From contig DATBND010000305.1 of NCBI GenBank assembly GCA_036554505.1, positions 1 through 36,085 on the forward strand: a stretch of DNA of 36,085 nt, written 5' to 3'. Shown here piece after piece: positions 24,620-35,557 of this stretch. Below the pieces are notes generated by a model that ran no database searches, was not told the origin of the DNA, and was given only the letters and a program-made list of their open reading frames with translations. Both the position numbers and the translations under genes were made by a program. The stretch is from Actinomycetota bacterium (GTDB lineage Bacteria; Actinomycetota; CADDZG01; WHSQ01). The stretch's first letter is position 1. Each line of letters starts with the position of its first letter.

Positions 24620-25722
24620 GTGACGATCTCCTTGGAGATGCGCTCGAGCGTGAGGATGCCGCGGTAAGTCTGCTCCTCGGACACGACCACCGCGACGCGG
24701 GTCCTCGACGTAACGATGGAATCGAGTGCGTGGCGCAGCGACGAGTCGTTGGTCACGTACGCGCTGAACGGACGGACCACCGCATCTCCGACCCGGGCGG
24801 CTCCTTCCAGTGCCGCGTCGTCGATCCAACCGCGCAGCTGGCCCTCGTCCACGACGCTCGTCCAATCGAGGCCGAACCGGGCCATCTCTGCGCGCGCCGC
24901 GTCGGGCGCGTCCGAGGAAGCCACGACCGGCCCCTCCTCCACGGCGATGTCCGCGACCTTGACGAGGGCGAGACGCTTTAGCCCGCGCTCGGCTCCTACG
25001 AACCTCTCGACGAACTCGTTCGCGGGAGCCCGCAAGATCTCCTCGGGCGACGCGTACTGCTCGATGATCCCGCCGCGGTTGAGGATCGCAATGCGGTCGG
25101 CCATCTTGATGGCCTCGTCGACGTCATGCGTTACGAACACGATCGTCTTCTTAAGCGTGCGCTGGATCTCGAGGAACTGATCCTGCAACCTGCCGCGCAC
25201 GATCGGGTCGACCGCACCGAATGGCTCGTCCATCAACATGACGGGCGGGTCAACGGCAAGGCCGCGCGCCACGCCGACACGTTGACGCTGGCCGCCCGAG
25301 AGCTCGGCCGGGTAGCGCTCGAGCAACTCGTCGTCGAGCTCGAGCATCGCCGCGAGCTCCTCGACTCTCTTTCTGGTGCGCGCTTCGTCCCAGCCGAGGA
25401 GCGACGGCACCGTCGCGATGTTCTGGGCGATCGAACGGTGCGGCAAGAGCCCGATGCTCTGGATGACGTAGCCGATCCCACGCCGCAGCTTCACCGGGTC
25501 CTGCTTCAGGACGTCGTGGCCGTCGACGAGGATCTCCCCCTCGGTGGGCTCGACGAGACGATTGATCATCTTCATCGTCGTCGTCTTGCCGCAGCCCGAC
25601 GGGCCGACGAGCACGACCGTCTCGCCATCGGCGACGTCCATCGTGAGGTTCGAGACGGCGAGGCTCTGTGATCCCCGAAAACGCTTCGAGACCCCCCGCA
25701 AGGAGATCATCGCCTCGGCCAC
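24616..25722 (-). CDS. ABC transporter ATP-binding protein with C-terminal CBS-pair (OpuCA/ProV-type)
   Basis: Walker A GPSGCGKTT, signature LSGGQRQRVGVARGL, Walker B VMLMDEPFGAVD, and a CBS-like C-terminal half. Start is ambiguous: GTG 25722 (about 12 nt after GGAGGTGAGGA), ATG 25710 or GTG 25746. Confidence 0.9.
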   Translation of the reverse strand: MAEAMISLRGVSKRFRGSQSLAVSNLTMDVADGETVVLVGPSGCGKTTTMKMINRLVEPTEGEILVDGHDVLKQDPVKLRRGIGYVIQSIGLLPHRSIAQNIATVPSLLGWDEARTRKRVEELAAMLELDDELLERYPAELSGGQRQRVGVARGLAVDPPVMLMDEPFGAVDPIVRGRLQDQFLEIQRTLKKTIVFVTHDVDEAIKMADRIAILNRGGIIEQYASPEEILRAPANEFVERFVGAERGLKRLALVKVADIAVEEGPVVASSDAPDAARAEMARFGLDWTSVVDEGQLRGWIDDAALEGAARVGDAVVRPFSAYVTNDSSLRHALDSIVTSRTRVAVVVSEEQTYRGILTLERISKEIVT

Positions 25723-25810
25723 GCTCGCGTCCTCACCTCCGGCCACCAGAAGTGCGCATAGTAAGTCGACCTACATGCCCCGCGAGTGTGGGCGGTTGGG
25801 GACCGATGCC

Positions 25811-25816
25811 TATAGT
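25811..25816 (+). promoter_or_regulatory. Candidate -10 hexamer TATAGT for a leaderless transcript
   Basis: TATAGT ends 6 nt before the ATG at 25823, so transcription would start at or next to the start codon. On the opposite strand, TACTAT (25758-25763) is a candidate -10 for the ABC operon. Pattern match only. Confidence 0.3.
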
Positions 25817-25822
25817 GAGGCC

Positions 25823-25963
25823 ATGCTCAAGAGCTTGACGCGGGTCGTCTCCGTCGTGGTCGTAGGCGGGGCGGTCGCGTGGTGGGCACGTCTCAAGGCA
25901 CATGGGAAGGTCCCGCCGCCGGAGGGCCGGTGGCGGGAGGTCACGGAGGACGATCTCTCGTGA
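25823..25963 (+). CDS. Small single-TM protein (46 aa)
   Basis: MLKSLTRVVSVVVVGGAVAWWARLKAHGKVPPPEGRWREVTEDDLS. Its stop overlaps the GTG of the next gene (GTGA). It loosely resembles the small TM proteins with a conserved W-x-E-x-T motif found near the gyrA/tRNA-Ile region in actinobacteria. That resemblance is from memory and has low certainty. Confidence 0.4.
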   Translation: MLKSLTRVVSVVVVGGAVAWWARLKAHGKVPPPEGRWREVTEDDLS

Positions 25964-27093
25964 CCACCCGTGGGCTGACGTGTCTGGTCCTCGGTGCAAC
26001 CGGGGCGATGGGACGGCGAACCGCCGCGGAGCTGGCGCGCTCGGCCGAGGTCGAGCGCGTGATCGTCGGCGGTCGAAGCCGCGCCGCGCTAGACGAGGTC
26101 CACGGGAATCTCGGCGGTCCTCGCGGAAAGGCCGAGCCCGTCCTCCTCCGATCGCCGTCCACCACCGAGCTGGTCGACCTGTTCGCGCGCGCGGACGTCG
26201 TGGCGTCGTGCGTCGGCCCCGCCGACGGGGTCGAGCTTGAGCTCGTCGAAGCCGCTCTCGCGGCGCGTGTCCCCTATGCCTCGTTGTGTGACGACGCGCG
26301 CACGACCCGCGACGCGCTCGAGGTCGGCGCCACTCCTCGAAGCGACGGGCCCACCGTGGTCCTCGGATGCGGACTCCGCCCCGGCCTCACGAACCTGCTC
26401 TTTGCCCTGGCGACGTCTCAGATGGAATCGGTCACCTCGGCAGCGATCGCGATTGCCGGATCGGTTGGGTCGGAGGACGGCCCGGCGAGCGAGCTTCATT
26501 TCCTCGACGTCCTGGGGGACGACGTCGCCGTGCTGTCGGAAGGTCGTATCGAGGTCAACCCCGCCGGAAGCGCGCCCCATCTCGTTTACTTTCCGGATCC
26601 CGTCGGCTGGGTCGAGACGTTCCCCTGCTCGCACCCGGAGGTCTACACGTTGCGCCGCGCCCATCCGGCGCTGAAGAACCTGCAGTGGCACTTCGGGCTA
26701 GCCGAAAAACCGGCGATGGACGCGCTGCGGGCCGGCGTCGCCCTCGGCTTCGGGCGATCGCCGCGCGCGCGGCGGCGGTGGCTTCGGTTGTCGGGACCCG
26801 CGCGGCCGCTGTTCGAGAGGCTCTCGTCGGGGGCCGGAGGATGGACCGCGGCGCGGGTCGACGCGTGGGGGTCGGCAGACGGACGGCCGGCGGAGGTGTC
26901 GCTCGGCGTCGTCGATCATCTGGCCAACCTCGTCACGGTCACGCTCGCGCACGTGGTGATCGAGCTCGGCCGACGCCGCATCGACCGTCCCGGAGTGTGG
27001 TCACCCGACGAGGTCCTGGACCCGGGCGCGGTCCTCGGTCACCTGGCGCGACGCGGCGTGCGCATCGCGCGGCTAGAGCCTGCGGTGGTCTAG
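25960..27093 (+). CDS. Saccharopine dehydrogenase-like NAD(P)-binding oxidoreductase
   Basis: GTG at 25960. N-terminal Rossmann motif CLVLGATGAMGRRTAAELA..VIVGGR. The internal GCGLRPGLTNLL is typical of the Sacchrp_dh family. The 3' end overlaps the convergent DUF3566 gene by 4 bp. Confidence 0.7.
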   Translation: MTTRGLTCLVLGATGAMGRRTAAELARSAEVERVIVGGRSRAALDEVHGNLGGPRGKAEPVLLRSPSTTELVDLFARADVVASCVGPADGVELELVEAALAARVPYASLCDDARTTRDALEVGATPRSDGPTVVLGCGLRPGLTNLLFALATSQMESVTSAAIAIAGSVGSEDGPASELHFLDVLGDDVAVLSEGRIEVNPAGSAPHLVYFPDPVGWVETFPCSHPEVYTLRRAHPALKNLQWHFGLAEKPAMDALRAGVALGFGRSPRARRRWLRLSGPARPLFERLSSGAGGWTAARVDAWGSADGRPAEVSLGVVDHLANLVTVTLAHVVIELGRRRIDRPGVWSPDEVLDPGAVLGHLARRGVRIARLEPAVV

Positions 27094-27722
27094 CCGGAGA
27101 CGTCCCGTTCGACGAACGTCACCTCGACGCCGCCCACGGTGTCGGCACCGAAGTTGTAGAGGAACGCCAGGAACGTGTTGAACAGCGAGCCGGCGATGGC
27201 CATGATCACGCCGACTATCAGCGCCCACCGCTGGAACGTCCAGAACGACAGGTCGACGTCCTCCCAGAGGACGGCAGACCTGCGGAAGTCGTCGACCGCC
27301 TCGAAGAAGCCGGCGTTCGAGAGCAGCCAGTAGACGATCGCGACGAACACCAGCCACAAGATGAGGAACGCCGCGTAGAAGAACAGCGACAGCTTCAGGA
27401 CGCTGAACGGCGTCACGTGATGAATGGTCCTCTTTACCCTTCTGACGCCGACGCGGCGGCGAACCGGCCCGGCCGGCCGCGGACGGTCGACCGGCGCGTT
27501 CGCCGGGACGACGTCGGTGCGCGCAGGAACCGTCTCGGTCGAAGAGGGGGCCGGATCGTCCAACCACGACGCGGTGCCGGGCTCGCGCGACGGTGCTTCC
27601 ACCGACCCGGTTACGGGATCGAACAACGGCCCGGTCGCGGCGACGTCGGGCGCGAGATGTCCCCCCGAAGCGCCCGGCGCCTCCGGATCCCATCTTCCCT
27701 GACGTTCCTCACGAGAGGCCAC
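27090..27722 (-). CDS. DUF3566 membrane protein (Rv0007-like, conserved downstream of gyrA)
   Basis: Disordered Pro/Ala-rich N-terminus, then VKRTIHHVTPFSVLKLSLFFYAAFLILWLVFVAIVYWLL ... GSLFNTFLAFLYNFGADTVGGVEVTF, matching DUF3566. The position after gyrA is the conserved actinobacterial synteny. Confidence 0.85.
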   Translation of the reverse strand: MASREERQGRWDPEAPGASGGHLAPDVAATGPLFDPVTGSVEAPSREPGTASWLDDPAPSSTETVPARTDVVPANAPVDRPRPAGPVRRRVGVRRVKRTIHHVTPFSVLKLSLFFYAAFLILWLVFVAIVYWLLSNAGFFEAVDDFRRSAVLWEDVDLSFWTFQRWALIVGVIMAIAGSLFNTFLAFLYNFGADTVGGVEVTFVERDVSG

Positions 27723-27879
27723 GTGTCCCCCTGGTCACCGTTACCGCCGATCAGTATGGGCGAAAGTCGGGCGCCGTGCCCGCATCCGCGTAGTCCGCCC
27801 GGAGTTGATCGGTTCCAATTGAAACGGTCTTTCGTGCACGTCCGGGCGAGTCTGTCCGCGGCGTCCGCGCCCCGGAGAG

Positions 27880-30396
27880 CTACGTGTCGAGACGTTGCTG
27901 GTCGTCGGATTCACCGATGACCGGCGCCATCGCCGCTATCTGGGTGCCCGGGTCGAGGCGCTTGACCGTCACGCCGGTGGTCGCCCTGCCCTGGCGCGAG
28001 ACGTCCGCGACCTCGGTGCGGATGACCTTTCCGTCGTCCGAGATGAGGAGGACCTCGTCCTGGGGCGTCACTACAGCGGCCCCCACGACGACACCGCGCG
28101 GCTTCGTGAGCTTGGCGGCGATCATCCCCTTGCCCCCGCGGCCCTTGGCCGGGAACAGCGACAGCTTCGTCCGCTTGCCGAAACCGAACGCGGTCACGAG
28201 GAACAGCTCCTTGTCGGGATCGTCGATGACGTCGCACGACACGACTTCGTCGTCGTCGTCCAGGCGGATGCCTATCACTCCCGTCGCCGTGCGCCCCATG
28301 GGCCGCACCTGTCCCTCCTTGAAGCGCATCGCCTTGCCCTTCTTGGTGATGAGGAGCACGTCGTCGTTCCCCGAGGTCGGGCGCACACGGACGACCTCGT
28401 CACCATCCCGAAGATTGAGGGCGATGATGCCCTCCTTGCGCGACGAGTCGTACTCGCGGAAGAGCGTCTTCTTCACCATGCCGCGCTTCGTCGCGATCAA
28501 CAGGAAGCGATACGTCTCGTAGTCGCGGGTGTCGATGACCGCGGCAACGCGGTCCTCTGCGCGCATAGGGACGACGTTCACGACTGCGGTGCCGCGCGCC
28601 GTGCGATCCCTCTTGGGGATCTCGTGCGCCTTGATCCGGTAGACGCGCCCGTTGCTCGAGAACAGCAGCAGGTACGCGTGCGCGGTCGTCTGGATGAGGT
28701 GCTCGACGACGTCGCCTTCCTTTAGAGCGGCACCCGTCACGCCGCGCCCGCCTCGTCCCTGCTTCCGATAGGTGTCGAGGGCGACGCTCTTCACGTAGCC
28801 GTCGCGCGACACGGAGATGACGAGGTCCTCGTCGGCGATGAGGTCCTCGATGTTGAACTCGCCCTCGTCCGGCACGAGCTTCGTCCTGCGCTCGTCGCCG
28901 TACTTGCGCCTTATCTCGATGAGCTCGTCAGCGATGATCGCGCGCACCTTGGACTCGTCCTTCAGGATGGCGCGCAGCTCCTTGATCGTCTTCTGCAGCT
29001 CGGCATGCTCCTCGCGGATCTTGTCCTGCTCGAGCGCGGTGAGCCGCCTCAGCGGCATGTCGAGGATGTGCTGAGCCTGCGTCTCCGACAGCCCGAAGCG
29101 AGCGATCAGCCCACCCCGAGCCTCGTCGACGTCGGCCGCCGCCCGTATCAACGCGACGATCTCGTCGATGTGGTCGAGGGCGATGATTAGCCCCTCGAGG
29201 ATGTGCGAGCGCTCCTCCGCCTTGCGCAGCCGGTAGCGGGTGCGCCGAACGATGACCTCGATCTGGTGCGTGATGTACGCCTGGATGACCTCGGCGACGT
29301 TGAGGGTCTTTGGCACGCCGTCGGTCAACGCGAGCATGTTGACCCCGAAGTTCTCTTGCAGCTGGGTGCGCTTGTAGAGCTGGTTCAGCACGACCTGAGG
29401 GATGGCGTTCTTCTTCAGATCGATGACCACGCGCATGCCGCCGCGATCCGACGACTCGTCACGCAGGTCGACGATCGTGTCTATCTTCCGGTCCTTGACG
29501 AGCTCCGCGATCTTCTCCTGGAGACGGGCCTTGTTCACCTGGTAGGGGAGCTCGGTCACGATGATGCGCGGGTTGCCCTTCGGCCCTTCCTCGACCTCGC
29601 ACACCGCGCGCATCTTGATCGAGCCGCGACCCGTCGTCAGCGCGTCCTTTATCCCCTGTTGCCCGAGCACCAGCGCGCCGGTCGGGAAGTCCGGGCCTTT
29701 GATGTGCTTCAGGCACACCTTCATCATCTTCGCGGGATCCTTGGAGAGCTCGGGATGCTGGAGCACCTCGATGATCGCGTCCACGACCTCGGTGAGATTG
29801 TGCGGAGGGATGTTGGTCGCCATGCCAACCGCGATGCCGCTCGAGCCGTTCACCAACAAGTTCGGGAAGCGCGCCGGGAGCACGGCCGGCTCGTTCTCGT
29901 AGCCGTCGTAGTTGGGCACGAAGTCGACGGTCTCCTCGTCGATGTCCCGGAGGAGCTCCATGCCGAGCGGGGACAGCCGGCACTCCGTGTAGCGCTGTGC
30001 CGCCGGGGCGTCGCCGTCGACCGATCCGAAGTTCCCCTGTCCGTCGATCAGCGGGTAGCGCGTCGAGAACTCCTGCGCGAGACGAACGAGTGCGTCGTAG
30101 ATCGCCTGGTCGCCGTGTGGGTGGTACTTCTTCATGACGTCCCCGACGAGGGCCGCGCTCTTGCGATGCTGGCGGTCGGGCCGGAGACCCGCCTCGAGCC
30201 CGGCGAAGACGATGCGGCGGTGGACGGGCTTGAGGCCGTCGCGGACGTCGGGCAGCGCGCGGCTGACGATGACCGACATCGCGTACTCGAGGAAGGAGTA
30301 CCGGACCTCCTCCTCGATCGTTACTTCCTGGACCCCCGATCCGTTACCGGACCCGTCGCCCGTCAGCTTGTCTTGAAACGGCTCGTCCCCTGCCAT
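27880..30396 (-). CDS. gyrA: DNA gyrase subunit A
   Basis: 838 aa. [25 protein letters not shown], the catalytic Tyr region [10 protein letters not shown], and the GyrA-box QGRGGRGV in the C-terminal beta-pinwheel. Confidence 0.98.
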   Translation of the reverse strand: MAGDEPFQDKLTGDGSGNGSGVQEVTIEEEVRYSFLEYAMSVIVSRALPDVRDGLKPVHRRIVFAGLEAGLRPDRQHRKSAALVGDVMKKYHPHGDQAIYDALVRLAQEFSTRYPLIDGQGNFGSVDGDAPAAQRYTECRLSPLGMELLRDIDEETVDFVPNYDGYENEPAVLPARFPNLLVNGSSGIAVGMATNIPPHNLTEVVDAIIEVLQHPELSKDPAKMMKVCLKHIKGPDFPTGALVLGQQGIKDALTTGRGSIKMRAVCEVEEGPKGNPRIIVTELPYQVNKARLQEKIAELVKDRKIDTIVDLRDESSDRGGMRVVIDLKKNAIPQVVLNQLYKRTQLQENFGVNMLALTDGVPKTLNVAEVIQAYITHQIEVIVRRTRYRLRKAEERSHILEGLIIALDHIDEIVALIRAAADVDEARGGLIARFGLSETQAQHILDMPLRRLTALEQDKIREEHAELQKTIKELRAILKDESKVRAIIADELIEIRRKYGDERRTKLVPDEGEFNIEDLIADEDLVISVSRDGYVKSVALDTYRKQGRGGRGVTGAALKEGDVVEHLIQTTAHAYLLLFSSNGRVYRIKAHEIPKRDRTARGTAVVNVVPMRAEDRVAAVIDTRDYETYRFLLIATKRGMVKKTLFREYDSSRKEGIIALNLRDGDEVVRVRPTSGNDDVLLITKKGKAMRFKEGQVRPMGRTATGVIGIRLDDDDEVVSCDVIDDPDKELFLVTAFGFGKRTKLSLFPAKGRGGKGMIAAKLTKPRGVVVGAAVVTPQDEVLLISDDGKVIRTEVADVSRQGRATTGVTVKRLDPGTQIAAMAPVIGESDDQQRLDT

Positions 30397-30410
30397 CTAT
30401 CCCCCGCGCG

Positions 30411-32357
<1,947 letters not shown>

Positions 32358-32534
32358 GTCCCTCTTAGTTCTCGGTGATACGGACAGGTCTCGGCCGTGG
32401 AATCCGCATGCGGGCCGAGCGGGGTCCCGAGGCCGTTCCGGAGGTCCCGGCGACGGCTTCGGGGGGTCGCTTCATCGGGCGCTAATCATAGCATCTACCA
32501 GCCCTTTTGCCGGTTTTGGCGGTGCTGGTGCGCG

Positions 32535-32978
32535 TCATGACGAACGCCGTCGGAGCCACGCGCGCCGCGCTCGTTCGAATGCCTCTTCCGGGTCGGCCGG
32601 AGCCTCTGCGGTGAGGCCCGCCGGAGCGGCGGGCGCGGCGCGCGCGGGGTCGTGGCGACGGCGTTCGATCGGGCCGGGCCCGGTCCACACGCGGACCTCG
32701 TCGACGAGCTCGCGCCCGACCGTCTCGTTGGCTCGTCTCTTGATCTCGTCGGCGAGATACGAGATCTCGGTCGCCCACGCCGGCGAATCGGTTCGCACGC
32801 GCAAGAGCCCGCTGCGCAGCGACGTCGGCTCGGCATGCGCGGCGACGTCGTCGCCGACGATGTCGCGCCACTTGCCCCACAACGCCCCGACCTCGCGCGG
32901 ATGATCGAGGCCGAGCCTCCGTCCGACCATGGATAGAAGCTCCGCCACGCGCGGGGGCAGCGGTGTGGCGTCCTTCAC
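32535..32978 (-). CDS. dciA: DUF721 (DciA-family) protein
   Basis: The segment GALWGKWRDIVGDDVAAHAEPTSLRSGLLRVRTDSPAWATEISYLADEIKRRANE fits DUF721. It occupies the conserved recF-gyrB slot (Rv0004 equivalent). The GTG at 32978 overlaps the recF stop (GTGA). The longer track ORF extension is Arg-rich. Confidence 0.8.
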   Translation of the reverse strand: MKDATPLPPRVAELLSMVGRRLGLDHPREVGALWGKWRDIVGDDVAAHAEPTSLRSGLLRVRTDSPAWATEISYLADEIKRRANETVGRELVDEVRVWTGPGPIERRRHDPARAAPAAPAGLTAEAPADPEEAFERARRAWLRRRSS

Positions 32979-34132
32979 GCCGAGAGCACCTTTCCCTGCG
33001 CGATCTCGATCACGCGCTCGACCCCCATCCCGCGGCCCCCTGCGGCGTCGGCCGACGAGAGGATCGTCTGGCCGGCCGCGCTCACCGACTCGGCGAGCCA
33101 CTCACGCCGCGCGGGATCGAGCTCGGAGAAGACGTCGTCGAGGAGCAGCACCGGAGGCTCGTCGAGGGCATCGGTGAGCAGGTCGTGCTCCGCGAGCTTC
33201 AGCGCAAGGGCCGCGGTGCGCTGGTCGCCCTGCGACGCGTAGGTGCGCGCGTCGAGAGCGTCGTCGCCCTCGCCCAGGACGACCGTCACGTCGTCCCGTT
33301 GCGGTCCGACGAGCGACACTCCGCGCTCGAGCTCGCGCGGCCTGACCTCCTCGATGCGCGCGGCGAGCTCGTCACGCAGCCGCGTCTCCGGTACGGAGGC
33401 CGGATCCTCCGCCGCGGCATCCACGAGCTCGTCCGGGATCCACGAGCTCGCGTAGCGGAGGCTGAGGTTGCCTCCCCCGGCCACCGAGACGTAGCGGCTG
33501 CGCGCATGCGGGGCCAGCTGCGCTAGCGCTTCGAGGCGCGCGGCGGTCAGGGCCGCGCCTGTGCGGCTCAGGGCGTCGTCCCACACCCCGATCGTGTCCT
33601 CCGCCGACTTGCGGAGCTCGCCGCGGCGCGGGGCGCTCTTCAGCAAGGCATTGCGCTGCTTGAGCACGCGCTCCGACTCGCGCCTCAACGAGTCGCGCGC
33701 AGGGCGCAGCTTGACGACGAGCTCGTCGAGGAAGCGGCGGCGCGCGTCGGGCGACCCCTTGACGAGCGAGAGCTCGTCGGGCCCGAAGAACACGCTCACG
33801 ACGAGCTCGCGCAGAGCGCGGGGGCCCGAGGCCGGCGTCTTGTTGATCAACACACGCGCCCCGCGTCCGGGGCGAAGCTCCAGGTCGATGCGTATAGGTC
33901 GGTCCCGGCGGACGACCTGCGCGTGCAATAAAGAGCGCTCGGCCCCCGTGCGCACGAGCGCGGAATCGGGAGCGCGGGGCGAGCCGAGGCCTCCGAGGTA
34001 GTGGATCGCCTCGAGCAGGTTCGTCTTGCCTTGTGCGTTGCGACCCGTGATCAGGTTGAGGCCGGGCGCGAGCTCGACATCCTCACGCACGTAGTTCCGG
34101 AAGTCCTCGAGCGCGAGGGCGTCGACCCGCAA
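32975..34132 (-). CDS. recF: DNA replication and repair protein RecF
   Basis: N-terminus (M)RVDALALEDFRNY, Walker A GRNAQGKTNLLEA, signature SQGDQRTAALALKLA, Walker B VLLLDDVFSELD. TTG start lies 3 nt after the dnaN stop. Confidence 0.95.
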   Translation of the reverse strand: MRVDALALEDFRNYVREDVELAPGLNLITGRNAQGKTNLLEAIHYLGGLGSPRAPDSALVRTGAERSLLHAQVVRRDRPIRIDLELRPGRGARVLINKTPASGPRALRELVVSVFFGPDELSLVKGSPDARRRFLDELVVKLRPARDSLRRESERVLKQRNALLKSAPRRGELRKSAEDTIGVWDDALSRTGAALTAARLEALAQLAPHARSRYVSVAGGGNLSLRYASSWIPDELVDAAAEDPASVPETRLRDELAARIEEVRPRELERGVSLVGPQRDDVTVVLGEGDDALDARTYASQGDQRTAALALKLAEHDLLTDALDEPPVLLLDDVFSELDPARREWLAESVSAAGQTILSSADAAGGRGMGVERVIEIAQGKVLSA

Positions 34133-34135
34133 GTG

Positions 34136-35278
34136 CTACGAGAGCCTGACCGGCATCAGCAGATACGTGAAGCCGCCCGCACCCTCCCCCCGAAGGATCG
34201 CCGGCTTCAGCCCGTCGCCGGCCTCGAGGACGATCTTCTCTCCCTGGATGACCGATGCACCGTCGTACAGGAAAGTTGGATTGAAGGCGATCAACAGCGG
34301 CTCGCCCTGGTACTCGGCGTCGAGCTCTTCCTGGCCCTCGCCGACGTCGGGCGTGTGCGCGGATATCTCGAGCTGCGCGCCGAGCTGGAGCTTCACCGGC
34401 AGGTTGTTCTGCGCCAGCAAGCCCACGCGCTTGACGACCTCGAGCAGCGCCTCGCGCTCGACCGTCAACGCGTTCGGGTACCCCTCGGGTATCAGCTGAC
34501 GGTAGTTGGGGAACTCGCCCTCGATGAAGCGGGAGCCGATCAGCTGTTGGCCGATGCCGCTTCCGTCCTCGCTCGCGCCGCCGACCTCGAACGCGACGAG
34601 ATTGTCCTTGATGATGACGCGCACCGTCCCCGACGCGTTTTGCAACACTCGAGCGAGCTCCTGCAGGGCACGCGCCGGGACCACGACCTTGGTCGTCGAC
34701 GCGGGACCCCCCGTCACCTCGAGGTTGCGGACCGCGAGCCGGTACGAGTCCGTCGCGGCGAGCGTGAGCGCGCCGGCTTCGACCTCCCACAGGACGCCGG
34801 TGAGGACCTGCCGGCTCTCGTCGCCGGACGCGCTCCTCACGACTTGGTTCAACGCGATCGCCAGGGTCTCGCGGTCGATCTCGATCGCCACACCGGAGCT
34901 CTCGTCGGGACGATCCTCGATCGGGAGCGCGGGATAGTCGTCCGGAGCAAGCGCCTTGACACGGAACTGACCGCGCCCCGACCCGATCTCGAGCTCGCCG
35001 TCGCCGGACGCGAGGCTCACCTGCCCGGCCCCCAAGCTGCGCGCCATCTCACCGAACAACCTTCCGGGCACGATCGCCTTTCCGGGCTCGTCGATGCCGG
35101 CCTTGAACGACGTCTCCATCGTCAGCTCGAGATCCGTCGCAGCAATCGCAACCTCGCCGCTTTCGCCGGCCTCTATGCGGAGACCCGAGAGCACGGGCAA
35201 TGTCGCTCGGTTGGAGATAGCGCGCGACGCGAATTGCACGGCCTCCAAGAGCTCGTCACGCTCACAACGGAACTTCAT
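34136..35278 (-). CDS. dnaN: DNA polymerase III beta sliding clamp
   Basis: 380 aa. Starts MKFRCERDELLEAVQFASRAISNRATLPVLSGLRIEA and ends YLLMPVRLS. ATG follows GGGAGG. Confidence 0.97.
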   Translation of the reverse strand: MKFRCERDELLEAVQFASRAISNRATLPVLSGLRIEAGESGEVAIAATDLELTMETSFKAGIDEPGKAIVPGRLFGEMARSLGAGQVSLASGDGELEIGSGRGQFRVKALAPDDYPALPIEDRPDESSGVAIEIDRETLAIALNQVVRSASGDESRQVLTGVLWEVEAGALTLAATDSYRLAVRNLEVTGGPASTTKVVVPARALQELARVLQNASGTVRVIIKDNLVAFEVGGASEDGSGIGQQLIGSRFIEGEFPNYRQLIPEGYPNALTVEREALLEVVKRVGLLAQNNLPVKLQLGAQLEISAHTPDVGEGQEELDAEYQGEPLLIAFNPTFLYDGASVIQGEKIVLEAGDGLKPAILRGEGAGGFTYLLMPVRLS

Positions 35279-35295
35279 CGACGCCTCCCATTCTC

Positions 35296-35557
35296 ATCTA
35301 ATCGATGACGATACCGGCTGGATATGACAGTTCTGGTTCAACGGTGCTGGTTCTTTGAAAGAGATATAGAAGTCTTAGAAGAAGTAGTAAGGGCTGGGGA
35401 AACGGGGGACAACGGGACGTCGCGCCTGGTGGGGCCGGGGATTCCGGGCATTGACGACGTGTGGGCAACTTCGTCGTGAGCGCGGTTTGCAAGACGCGCC
35501 GCATGAGACGTCGAATAAGCGCAATTTGGTGAGCGCTGCGCCAAGAGGTTATCCACG
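35296..35557. other. Chromosomal replication origin (oriC core) in the dnaA-dnaN spacer
   Basis: DnaA boxes: TTATCCACG (35549-35557, overlapping the dnaA stop codon), TGTGGGCAA (35460-35468, reverse complement TTGCCCACA) and the weaker GGGGGACAA (35404-35412, reverse complement TTGTCCCCC). GC cluster GGGCTGGGG at 35391-35399. Run TAG AAG AAG TAG TAA at 35376-35390. Markedly AT-rich stretch at about 35351-35390 in an otherwise GC-rich window. Confidence 0.7.
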
